A stretch of 64,000 bases of DNA from Planctomycetota bacterium. Its GTDB lineage: Bacteria; Planctomycetota; Phycisphaerae; SM23-33. The translations under genes were made by a program, and so were the position numbers. The DNA lies in contig JACRIL010000102.1 in NCBI GenBank assembly GCA_016235825.1, positions 751 through 64,750 on the forward strand, in the 5' to 3' direction. Below the pieces are notes generated by a model. That model was given only the letters and a program-made list of their open reading frames with translations, was not told the DNA's origin and did not search any database. Of the stretch, positions 44,012 to 52,712 are shown piece after piece (the stretch's first letter is position 1; the number at the start of each line of letters is the position of its first letter).

Positions 44012-45392
44012 GTATCTCGGTTTCGAGGACGTTGCCTACGATCGCGACTGGTGCCGCGCAGACCTGTCGCAGGTGCCCAATGTGATTGTCAAACCGCCCG
44101 GCCCCAAGAGCAAAAAGATGCACGACGCCACGAAACGCGTCTACAAGGGTCTTTCGGGGCAGGTCAAGTTGTTCCCGGTCTGCTTCAGCGAGGGCAAAGG
44201 CGTAACCCTGACCGACGTGGACGGCAACACATACCTGGATTTTTCCAGCGGCATCTACGTTACAACGCTGGGGCATTGCCATCCCAAGATCAGCGCCGCC
44301 GTCGCCCACTGGGCCGGCCGGCTGATGAACTGCCACGACTTCACCACGCCGGTCAAAGAGGCTCTCATGGCCAAGTTGGTCGATGTCATGCCGGGCGACC
44401 TCAACGGCGTGCAGCTTTACGACAGCGGGACTGTGGCGGTGGAGGCCGGGCTTCGCATCTGCCGGGCGGCGACGGGCAAAACGGAATTCCTCTCGTGCTT
44501 CATGGATTTCCACGGCAAGAGCCTGGGGGCGGTTTCCTGCGGCCGCATGAACGGCATGTACGCCTCGACCCGCATGCCGGGCTTTTACATGCTTCCGCGG
44601 CCGGACACCTACCGGCCGCTCTGGACGAGAGCCGACGGCACGCTCGACACCGAGGCATACCTGGAATTCTACGACAAGGCAATTGTGGATGGCACCACCG
44701 GCCAGGTCGCCGCGTTCGTGCTCGAGCCGATCCAAGGCTGGGGCGGCACGATCATCCCGCCGGACGATTTCTTCCCCAAGCTCCGGAAATTCTGCGACGA
44801 GCGAAAAATCCTGCTGATGGCCGACGAAGTTCTGACCGGCACCGGCCGCACCGGCCAGTGGCTGTGCATGCAGAATTGGAACGTCCTGCCGGACGTGGTT
44901 GCGCTGGGCAAGGGGTTCGGCAACGGCTTCCCGGTTACGGCGTGCATAGTCCGCGAAGGCATCAAGGAAAACTTCGAGAAGATCAGCGCATCGAGCAGTT
45001 ACGGCGGCAACCCGATGGCCTGCGCGGCGACCCTGGCGAGCCTTCAGGTGATCGAGGAGGAAAATCTGCTCGAAAACGCCCGCCACCTCGGCGCGATTGC
45101 CCTCAAACGCATGGAACAGATGAAGGCCCGGCACAAGATCATCGGCGACGTGCGGGCCAAAGGTTGCCTGATGGGGATCGAACTGGTCAAGGACCGCAAG
45201 ACCAAGGCGCCTTTCGACGAGGCCGGCAGAATGGTTTACGCCAAGGCATTCGAGAGAGGCCTGGCGTGGATACCGGCCGGCCACATATTGAGGCTCAGCC
45301 CTCCGATCATCATGAACGATGACGAACTGCTCAAAGGCCTGAACATCATCGACGAGGCGATAGGCGAGACGGAAAAGGAGATGGGATACTGA
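43980..45392 (+). CDS. class III (acetylornithine/GABA-type) aminotransferase
   Basis: LLMADEVLTGTGRTG and LGKGFGNGFP (PLP Lys). AAGGAG SD. Confidence 0.8.
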   Translation: MKPSANTTSAEYLGFEDVAYDRDWCRADLSQVPNVIVKPPGPKSKKMHDATKRVYKGLSGQVKLFPVCFSEGKGVTLTDVDGNTYLDFSSGIYVTTLGHCHPKISAAVAHWAGRLMNCHDFTTPVKEALMAKLVDVMPGDLNGVQLYDSGTVAVEAGLRICRAATGKTEFLSCFMDFHGKSLGAVSCGRMNGMYASTRMPGFYMLPRPDTYRPLWTRADGTLDTEAYLEFYDKAIVDGTTGQVAAFVLEPIQGWGGTIIPPDDFFPKLRKFCDERKILLMADEVLTGTGRTGQWLCMQNWNVLPDVVALGKGFGNGFPVTACIVREGIKENFEKISASSSYGGNPMACAATLASLQVIEEENLLENARHLGAIALKRMEQMKARHKIIGDVRAKGCLMGIELVKDRKTKAPFDEAGRMVYAKAFERGLAWIPAGHILRLSPPIIMNDDELLKGLNIIDEAIGETEKEMGY

Positions 45393-46534
45393 TGAGGACC
45401 GTCCGCTTTGGAATAATCGGCTGCGGTCTGATGGGGCGAGAGTTCGCCAGTGCCGCCGCCCGCTGGTGCCACCTGCCGGAGATGAAGGTCCGGCCCCAGA
45501 TCGTCGCCGTCTGTGACGCCAAACCCGAGCCGATGGAATGGTTCAGTCAAAATTTTCCGTCCATAAAACTGGCGACGACCGACTACCGGCAGATACTGGC
45601 CGATGAGTCCGTGGAGGCGGTGTACTGCGCCGTGCCGCACAACCAGCACAAGGATGTTTACTGCGACATCCTCGCGGCCGGCAAGCATCTCATGGGCGAA
45701 AAGCCCTTTGGCATCGACAAGCTCGCCAACGACGCGATCAACGCAGCCATAGCCGCGCATCCCGGCCTGCTGGTGCGGTGCAGCAGCGAGTTCCCGTTTT
45801 TTCCCGGCGCCCAGCGGATCGCCAGGATGCTGGATGCCGGGGCGTTCGGAAAGATAATTGAAGTCGCCGGCGGCCTGCTCCACTCGTCGGACCTGGACCT
45901 CGACAAGCCCATCAACTGGAAGCGGATGATCGAGTTCAACGGCGAATACGGATGCATGGGCGACCTGGGGATGCACGCCTGCCATTTTCCATTCAGGGCC
46001 GGCTTCATTCCTCGCAACGTCCGGGCCATCCTCAGCAAGATCGTAACCGAGCGCCCGGACGGCAAGGGCGGGCGCGCGGCCTGCCTGACGTGGGACAACG
46101 CCACGCTTTTCTGCGAGGCCGCCGAAAGCCCGGACGCCGACGGATTCCCGCTTGCGCTCAAGACGCACCGGATTGCGCCGGGCGAGACAGACACGTGGTA
46201 CATTGAAATCCTGGGCGCGAAGATGTCGGCGAGGTTCTCGACCAAGAATCCGCGCCGGCTGGAGGTGATGGAATACCGCAACGGCGTGCAGGCCTGGCAG
46301 CAGATAGACACCGGGCAGGACACGGCCTTCAAGACCATCACCGGCTCGATCTTCGAGTTCGGATTCTCCGACGCGATACTCCAGATGTGGGCGGCGTTCC
46401 TGCACGAGCTGGCCGAAGGCAGACCGGCGGGGCGTTTCGCCGGATGCGCCACGCCGCAGGAGGCGGCGCTGAGCCACAGGCTCTTTACCGCCGCCCTGGA
46501 ATCGCATAAAAATCACGCGACGGTTGCGTTATAA
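45392..46534 (+). CDS. Gfo/Idh/MocA family oxidoreductase
   Basis: MRTVRFGIIGCGLMGREF and HLMGEKPF. The start overlaps the upstream stop (TGATG). Confidence 0.8.
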   Translation: MRTVRFGIIGCGLMGREFASAAARWCHLPEMKVRPQIVAVCDAKPEPMEWFSQNFPSIKLATTDYRQILADESVEAVYCAVPHNQHKDVYCDILAAGKHLMGEKPFGIDKLANDAINAAIAAHPGLLVRCSSEFPFFPGAQRIARMLDAGAFGKIIEVAGGLLHSSDLDLDKPINWKRMIEFNGEYGCMGDLGMHACHFPFRAGFIPRNVRAILSKIVTERPDGKGGRAACLTWDNATLFCEAAESPDADGFPLALKTHRIAPGETDTWYIEILGAKMSARFSTKNPRRLEVMEYRNGVQAWQQIDTGQDTAFKTITGSIFEFGFSDAILQMWAAFLHELAEGRPAGRFAGCATPQEAALSHRLFTAALESHKNHATVAL

Positions 46535-46544
46535 AGGATGGCAA

Positions 46545-47951
46545 ATGGCGGAACGACGACCACGAGTTGGATTGCTAGGCCTGATGCTGGAACTTTACGA
46601 CACGCTTGCGCCGCAGTTGCGTGCAGATCGCGAGAACTGGGTCCGCGCAAGCCTGCTGCCGGCGCTGGCGCCCGCGGCCGACGTGGAATTCCGTAGGGCC
46701 GTGGCGTCGGCAGCCGACATCCGCGCGGAGATCGGCCATTTCGTCGAGGCAAAGGTTGACGCGGTTCTTGTGGTCTGCCTGTCGTATTCACCCAGCCTGA
46801 ACACGGCCGAGCCGCTGGCCCGCTGCGGCCTGCCGGTGATCGTCTGGAATACCCAGGAACTCTGGGCCGTGGATGAAAACTACGGCCCGGCGGAGCTTAC
46901 GGCCAATCACGGCGTGCACGGCACGCAGGACCTCTGCAGCGTGCTGACGCGGATGGGCGCGGCGTTTGAATATGTAACCAGCCATGTCCGCGACGGCCGG
47001 GCTACGTCGGAACTGGGCCGATTCTTCAACGCCGCTGCGGCAGCGACCGATCTACGTCGGTTGCGAGTGGGGCTGCTTGGGTACGCATTCCCCGGCATGG
47101 GCGATTTCGCCATCGAGCCTTCGCGATTCACAGCAACGCTGGGGCCGACAGTCTGCCCGCTGACGGTCGATGAATACATCCGCCGAGCCGCCTCGGCCGC
47201 CGAGTCGGATGTGCAGGCCATGGTCGACGACTACCGCCGCAGTTACGACCTTGCCGTCGATCTGGCGCCGGCCGATCTGGATGCTACTGCGCGGGCCGAG
47301 CTCGCCCTGCGGGGCATGGTCGCCGACAACAAACTGGACGCGATTACTTACCAATTCCTGGCTTTCGGCGAAGACGAACGGACCGAGACCGTCCCGTTCG
47401 TCGCCGCCAGCCGAATGATGAGCGAGGGCGTTGGCTTCGGCGGAGAGGGCGACGTCATCGGGGCCGCCGGGGCGTGGCTGCTGCACCGGCTCTGCCCGCC
47501 CGCCACGTTCAGCGAGATATTCACCATCGACTTCGCCGGCAACAGCCTGCTGATGAGCCACATGGGCGAGGCCAACGTCGCCATGATTGAACAGGGGCGC
47601 AAGGCGAACATGGTCGCCCGGCCGTCGCCGATTACGCGGACCCGCAAGCGGCAACTGGCGCTGCGGTGGAGTTTCCGGCCCGGCCCGGCGACCCTGTTTG
47701 CATTGGTTCAGGGGCCGGGCGGGCGATGGCGATTCATCGTCAGCAAAGTTGGCATCGTGCCTTTTGAGCCTCGGCCGACGCTGGCCGTGCCGCAGTTCAA
47801 GATATTGCCGGCACCCGGCGACGTGCGCGGCTGGCTGACCCGCTATGCAAAGGCTGGCGGACCACACCACAACGCCGTCTGTCTCGGCGACGCACGCGAG
47901 CAACTCCTCGCCGTCGCGAGGCTCGTCGGCGCAGAACTGGTCGAGGTATAA
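46545..47951 (+). CDS. L-arabinose isomerase (AraA) family protein
   Basis: GVGFGGEGDVIGAAG compares with the AraA GYGFAGEGDWKTAAL. LMSHMGE compares with LGSHMLE, so the metal ligands are retained. AAGGA SD. Confidence 0.65.
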   Translation: MAERRPRVGLLGLMLELYDTLAPQLRADRENWVRASLLPALAPAADVEFRRAVASAADIRAEIGHFVEAKVDAVLVVCLSYSPSLNTAEPLARCGLPVIVWNTQELWAVDENYGPAELTANHGVHGTQDLCSVLTRMGAAFEYVTSHVRDGRATSELGRFFNAAAAATDLRRLRVGLLGYAFPGMGDFAIEPSRFTATLGPTVCPLTVDEYIRRAASAAESDVQAMVDDYRRSYDLAVDLAPADLDATARAELALRGMVADNKLDAITYQFLAFGEDERTETVPFVAASRMMSEGVGFGGEGDVIGAAGAWLLHRLCPPATFSEIFTIDFAGNSLLMSHMGEANVAMIEQGRKANMVARPSPITRTRKRQLALRWSFRPGPATLFALVQGPGGRWRFIVSKVGIVPFEPRPTLAVPQFKILPAPGDVRGWLTRYAKAGGPHHNAVCLGDAREQLLAVARLVGAELVEV

Positions 47952-47954
47952 CGC

Positions 47955-50489
47955 ATGTATCTTGGCCTGGACCTGGGAACCACCAATATCAAGGCCCTGC
48001 TTGTGGATACGGGCGGCAAGGTGGCGGCGTCTTCGTCTGTCACCGTCGGCCTGAAAAACGGGCCCAACGGCGCGGTTGAGCAGGATATCGGGGAAATCCG
48101 GGCCGCGGTGCTGAAGGCTATTTGTTCGCTTGGCGATAAGGATCGGCTCGCCGCGGTTCGCGAGATCGGTGTTTCCAGCCAGGGCGGCTCGCTTCAGATA
48201 ACGGGTGCCAATGGAGCACCCATCGGCCCGGTGATCAGTTGGCTGGACGGCAGGGGGCAGCCTTATGACGAGGCCTTCAACATGGAACTGGGCCGCGAGT
48301 GGTTTGCCCGGCACGTCGGCCACGGCGGCAGCGACGTGGCGGTGGGCCAGTTGCTTCGGCTGCGGAAAGAGCGGCCGGAATTGCTCGCCAGGCCAAATCG
48401 GGTGGGCTTCGTCGGCGATTTTATTGTGGCGAGTCTGTGCGGTCGGGCCGCGCACGATGCCTCATCTCTGTCGATTGCCACGCTGCTTAACCCGCAATTG
48501 CGGGCTGCCGACCCGGATCTGTTGAAAAAACTGAAACTCGACGGGGATCAGTTGCCGGCGCTGTTGTCGCCGCGAGAATGCGCCAGCGTGCTCAGCGCCG
48601 AAGTCGCCCGCCAAACGCACCTGCCCGCCGGTACGCCGGTCTCGGCGGCGGTCCACGATCAATATGCCGCGGCCTTAGGTTCAGCGGCGGTCCACGCGGG
48701 CGACGTGATGGTCGGGACCGGGACCGCGTGGGTTCTGCTGGCGGTTACGGACCGGCTGATGCCGCCGGTGCTCGATTCGGCGTTTGTCTCACCCCATCCG
48801 GCCGAAGGCCTGTACGGACAGCTTGCCTCGCTGGGCAACGGCGGGGCCGCCTTGAGCTGGCTGGTGAAAATTTTAGAGTTGGACGAGACCGTTCCCGGCG
48901 CAATTGAAAATATGCTAAAAGCCGCGCCCGCTGGTTGCGACGGCCTGCGGTGCCGGCCGTTTCTGGCCTATTATCAGCCGGCCGGCCTGCCTGCGAACGT
49001 GAACGGCTGTTTCACCGGCCTCAAACTGTTCCACACGCGGGCGCATCTGGTCCGCGCAGTGGTGGAAGGCCTCGCGTGCGAGTTGGCACGGCATCTGCGT
49101 TTGCTGAACGCCGCCGGCCTGGAAACCCGCCGCCTGATCCTGTGCGGCGAGGCGGCCGCAGGCGAAGAGACCCCGCAAACAATCGCTGACATAACCGGCT
49201 TGCCGGTGGCGTGCGCGGCGGTGCGACAGACCAGCGCGTTCGGCGCCGCGGTGATCGCCCGGGGCCTGGCCGAACATTCCGAAAGCCTGGTTCAACTGGC
49301 CGAATCGATGGCATCGTCCCGCCGCATCTTTACGCCGGGCGACAATGCGGCTCGCTATCGGCAGATTATGGCCGAATACATTGCGTCTCTGCCTGCCGAA
49401 AAAGCGACGGAACCAGCGGCATCGGCCGGGCGCGTCCATCTGCATCACGTCTTCGACTACACCGACGTGGACCGTGCATTCTGGGCCGAGCATCTTGAGG
49501 ATTGGCTGCCGAAAAAGATCATCGACGTGCATATGCACGTCAGCGATCCGGCAAACAGGCGTGAGCCGATGACCGAAGAGGGACGTCGTCAGTATTGGGT
49601 GTCGGAGGTCTTGGAACCGATGGACGTTCGCAGCGCGGACCGCTGCCTGGCGACTGTTTTTCCCGGCCGGCAGGTCGAGTGTGTGGCGATGAGCATGCCC
49701 AGTCTGGAATTCGACATCGAGGCCGAGAATGAGTACGTCCGGACAAGCTGCCTGGAACGCGACTGGCATGGCCTGCTTATGCTTCGGCCGCAGATGAAGG
49801 CAGCCGACCTCGATGCCGCACTTGGCAAACCGGGAATCATCGGAGTAAAGCCATACTACACGCTTATCAGCCGCAATCCGCTCACCCGCGACGAGCACAT
49901 CGAGGCAAGCATCTTCGACTTTCTGCCACACCATGTCCTGGAAGTCCTCAACGCCCGCCGCGCATGGGTTACGCTGCACGTGCCCAAGGCCGGCCGGCTG
50001 GGCCACCCGGACAACATCCGCGAAATAAAGGAAATCCGCCGCAGGTATCCCCGCGTGATCCTGGTCGTCGCGCACCTGGGCCGCTGCTACACCGAGCCGC
50101 ACGCGCAGGAGGCCCTGCCGCTTCTGGCGGATGATCCGGGTCTTTACTTCGACAACTCGGCCGTGCTCAACCCCGCCGTCCATCGCCTGGCCCTGAAATG
50201 CCTCGGGCCGGACCGCATCCTTTACGGCAGTGACAATCCGGTGTTTTTCATGCGAGGCCGGAGGCAGTGGCAGGGAAAAACCTACATCAATCGGACCAAC
50301 TACCCGTTTTTCTTCAACAAGCGGCGGGAGCCTCCCGAGATCGAGGCCGGCTACACGCTTTATATGTATGAAGCGCTGCTCGCCGTCAAAATCGCCTGCC
50401 GCGACGCGGGGTTGACGGGCGATCAGGTGAATGCCATCTTCCACGACAACGCCGAGCGGCTTATCCGGCCCGCAAATAAAGGCGGGTGA
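47955..50489 (+). CDS. fusion protein: FGGY-family carbohydrate kinase (N) + amidohydrolase-2-type metal hydrolase (C)
   Basis: N-terminal MYLGLDLGTTNIKALLVD and VMVGTGTAWV (FGGY). From about residue 500: IIDVHMHVSDP (HxH), VVAHLGRCY and ILYGSDNPV (amidohydrolase-2 pattern). A single uninterrupted 844-aa frame. Confidence 0.75.
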   Translation: MYLGLDLGTTNIKALLVDTGGKVAASSSVTVGLKNGPNGAVEQDIGEIRAAVLKAICSLGDKDRLAAVREIGVSSQGGSLQITGANGAPIGPVISWLDGRGQPYDEAFNMELGREWFARHVGHGGSDVAVGQLLRLRKERPELLARPNRVGFVGDFIVASLCGRAAHDASSLSIATLLNPQLRAADPDLLKKLKLDGDQLPALLSPRECASVLSAEVARQTHLPAGTPVSAAVHDQYAAALGSAAVHAGDVMVGTGTAWVLLAVTDRLMPPVLDSAFVSPHPAEGLYGQLASLGNGGAALSWLVKILELDETVPGAIENMLKAAPAGCDGLRCRPFLAYYQPAGLPANVNGCFTGLKLFHTRAHLVRAVVEGLACELARHLRLLNAAGLETRRLILCGEAAAGEETPQTIADITGLPVACAAVRQTSAFGAAVIARGLAEHSESLVQLAESMASSRRIFTPGDNAARYRQIMAEYIASLPAEKATEPAASAGRVHLHHVFDYTDVDRAFWAEHLEDWLPKKIIDVHMHVSDPANRREPMTEEGRRQYWVSEVLEPMDVRSADRCLATVFPGRQVECVAMSMPSLEFDIEAENEYVRTSCLERDWHGLLMLRPQMKAADLDAALGKPGIIGVKPYYTLISRNPLTRDEHIEASIFDFLPHHVLEVLNARRAWVTLHVPKAGRLGHPDNIREIKEIRRRYPRVILVVAHLGRCYTEPHAQEALPLLADDPGLYFDNSAVLNPAVHRLALKCLGPDRILYGSDNPVFFMRGRRQWQGKTYINRTNYPFFFNKRREPPEIEAGYTLYMYEALLAVKIACRDAGLTGDQVNAIFHDNAERLIRPANKGG

Positions 50490-50507
50490 GGCCTCATCAC
50501 GGCGAGT

Positions 50508-50858
50508 TCAGTGCCTGGCGGAATTCGGGAGATTCATCTGGAGCGTCGCCAGGGCGGTGGCCATGTCGTCGGTGTGCTCGAAGAGCTTGTCCAGGCCCAT
50601 GACCATGAAAACGCCCCAGACCTGCGGGTCGACGTCGCAGATCACTATCCGGCGTTTATGCTCGATGGCGATTTTCCTGAGCCTCAGCAGGCGAGCGGCG
50701 TTGGCCGAGTTGACGAACCCCACGGCCGAAAAATTCAGGACCAGATGTTTGGGCTGCTCGCGCAGCCGGACCATCACCGAGGCCAGTTCGTCCGTGAACA
50801 AAGGGTCCTCGGCAAGTTCAACAACCATAATCTCGTTCGACCAGTCCTGGATAGACAT
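50508..50858 (-). CDS. STAS-domain anti-sigma-factor antagonist
   Basis: VVELAEDP...LVLNFSAVGFVNSANAARLLRL...VWGVFMVMGLDKLF. Confidence 0.75.
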   Translation of the reverse strand: MSIQDWSNEIMVVELAEDPLFTDELASVMVRLREQPKHLVLNFSAVGFVNSANAARLLRLRKIAIEHKRRIVICDVDPQVWGVFMVMGLDKLFEHTDDMATALATLQMNLPNSARH

Positions 50859-51040
50859 AATTATTTCCTTGTCCGGATGCAGTTAAACAAAAAAAACCAA
50901 AAAGGTCAAGGCCGGCGCCGCGGAAAGCCGGTTTTTGCCGAAATTCTCCGGGATGCGTCTGCGCCGGAGGAAAGGGCCAGTGACGGAGATAAAACGCATT
51001 GTCAGGATTCCCCGCCGCAAGTATCATAAGGAACATGGGC

Positions 51041-52060
51041 ATGAAACGAGCGGCAGGCATGGGGTTCTTCTGCGGATTACTGGCGGCGGTCTGCGGCTGC
51101 GGGCCGGAGCAGTGGCCGGCCAGCGGCCCGGCGGCACGCGGTCCGGAGGCGTTGCCGCCCGTGCAGTCGCGTCCGGCGCTGACGGCCGAGATGCTGAGGA
51201 TGCATCGCAGGCCGTGGGACGCCGAGACCTGGGGGCCTCAGCCGGAGCAGCCGGGCGATGCCGCAGAAGACTATGTCAAGGCCATGGCCGAATACAATCG
51301 CAACGCCAAGTCGATACACGACGGGATAGACGCGGCCAAAGACCCGGCCAAACTGGACGCCGCCGTGGTCGGCCTGCTCAAGGGAGTGCAGACGCACATC
51401 GCCGCGGCGACGCAGAAAAAAGAGATGCGTTTCACCTTCGTTTACACACCAAAAAGTTTCGAGGTCAGCCCGGAATATGCGCCCATAAAAGAACTGGACG
51501 ACGACCTGATGCGCCTGCTTTATGTGCTGGCTGTGTACCACGTCGCCAAGGGCGAATTCCCCGCCGCCCAGGAGGCCATGAAACAGATGTATACATTCTA
51601 CTGGCACAGCGCACAGGACGGCTCTCGCGTAACCATGGTGGTCGGCGGGGAAAAACTTGGCCTTTGGGCCACCTATCTGCTGGCCAAGGAAGTCTTCGCC
51701 AGATGGGACGAGCAACATGTCCGGCAGGCCGGCCGGATAAATGAAAAACTCAAGCAGCAGGTTCAGGCCGGCGACGACAAGTTTCAGCGGGTCTGGGGGC
51801 CAAATCCCTCGCCGGCGGACATCTTCGCCATCATCGCCTACGACGAGGACCGCGCCTGGCGGATCGACGCCATCCTGGCCCTGGGAATGCTGAAATTCAG
51901 CCACGCATCCGACGGGCAGGTGGCCATGAAGGTCGCCGATCTGATCGAGCGGTATTCGGTGAGCGAAGATCCGCTGGAGTCCGCCGCCGCGAAGGCCGCG
52001 AAAGAATTCACGCGGGAGCAGTTCGATAAAATTCAGGCCGCCCCGGCCGGCAGAAAATAA
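51041..52060 (+). CDS. hypothetical lipoprotein
   Basis: MKRAAGMGFFCGLLAAVCGC lipobox. The remainder is helical with no recognised family. Confidence 0.5.
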   Translation: MKRAAGMGFFCGLLAAVCGCGPEQWPASGPAARGPEALPPVQSRPALTAEMLRMHRRPWDAETWGPQPEQPGDAAEDYVKAMAEYNRNAKSIHDGIDAAKDPAKLDAAVVGLLKGVQTHIAAATQKKEMRFTFVYTPKSFEVSPEYAPIKELDDDLMRLLYVLAVYHVAKGEFPAAQEAMKQMYTFYWHSAQDGSRVTMVVGGEKLGLWATYLLAKEVFARWDEQHVRQAGRINEKLKQQVQAGDDKFQRVWGPNPSPADIFAIIAYDEDRAWRIDAILALGMLKFSHASDGQVAMKVADLIERYSVSEDPLESAAAKAAKEFTREQFDKIQAAPAGRK

Positions 52061-52079
52061 CCCCCTGCCGGCGCCGATC

Positions 52080-52310
52080 TCAGGCGATGATGTTCTGCAG
52101 GCCGAAGTGGGTGTCGGATTTTTTCTTGTTGCCGTCGAAGACGCCAGGCGGCGGGGTCTTCATGCCGCCATGCTCGCCCGACTCGCCGGATATGATGTTG
52201 AAAGGACGGAGCTTGAAAATCCTCTCGCAGCCGGGACACATCAATTTTTTGCCGACGGCGTCCGGCTTAGCCCGCAACACCTTCCTGCAATACGGACATG
52301 CGATCTTCAT
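52080..52310 (-). CDS. small zinc-ribbon protein
   Basis: CPYC...16 aa...CPGC in the first 30 residues. Confidence 0.5.
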   Translation of the reverse strand: MKIACPYCRKVLRAKPDAVGKKLMCPGCERIFKLRPFNIISGESGEHGGMKTPPPGVFDGNKKKSDTHFGLQNIIA

Positions 52311-52712
52311 CGTTTAAGCTCCCAAACTGTTGGACAAGCCGCTCATTTGACCACAGGTAGAAATGCCAAACCTGACAGTACGGCAAAAACCTTAACGTCC
52401 TCTTCAAGCCGATGGTCCCTCCCGACCATCATGCTGTACAATGTTATTATAGCATCGTTTTTTTACCTTGCAAGGCTTCAGGAAAAAAATCCTGAATTTG
52501 CCGGTTTTCCGATTTGGCGTCGCGACGATTTCGCATCTAACCATATTATACGATGTGAGTTATGGTTATAATATTTGATTTATACCGTGAACGGAATGCG
52601 GCATGGAAATTCGCAGGAACTTTGTTATTGTAATGATCGGTTAAAAAAGAAACATTTTTGCCCGGCGAACGTTATAAAATAGAAGAGACCCCTTACATAG
52701 ACAGGTTCGCGA

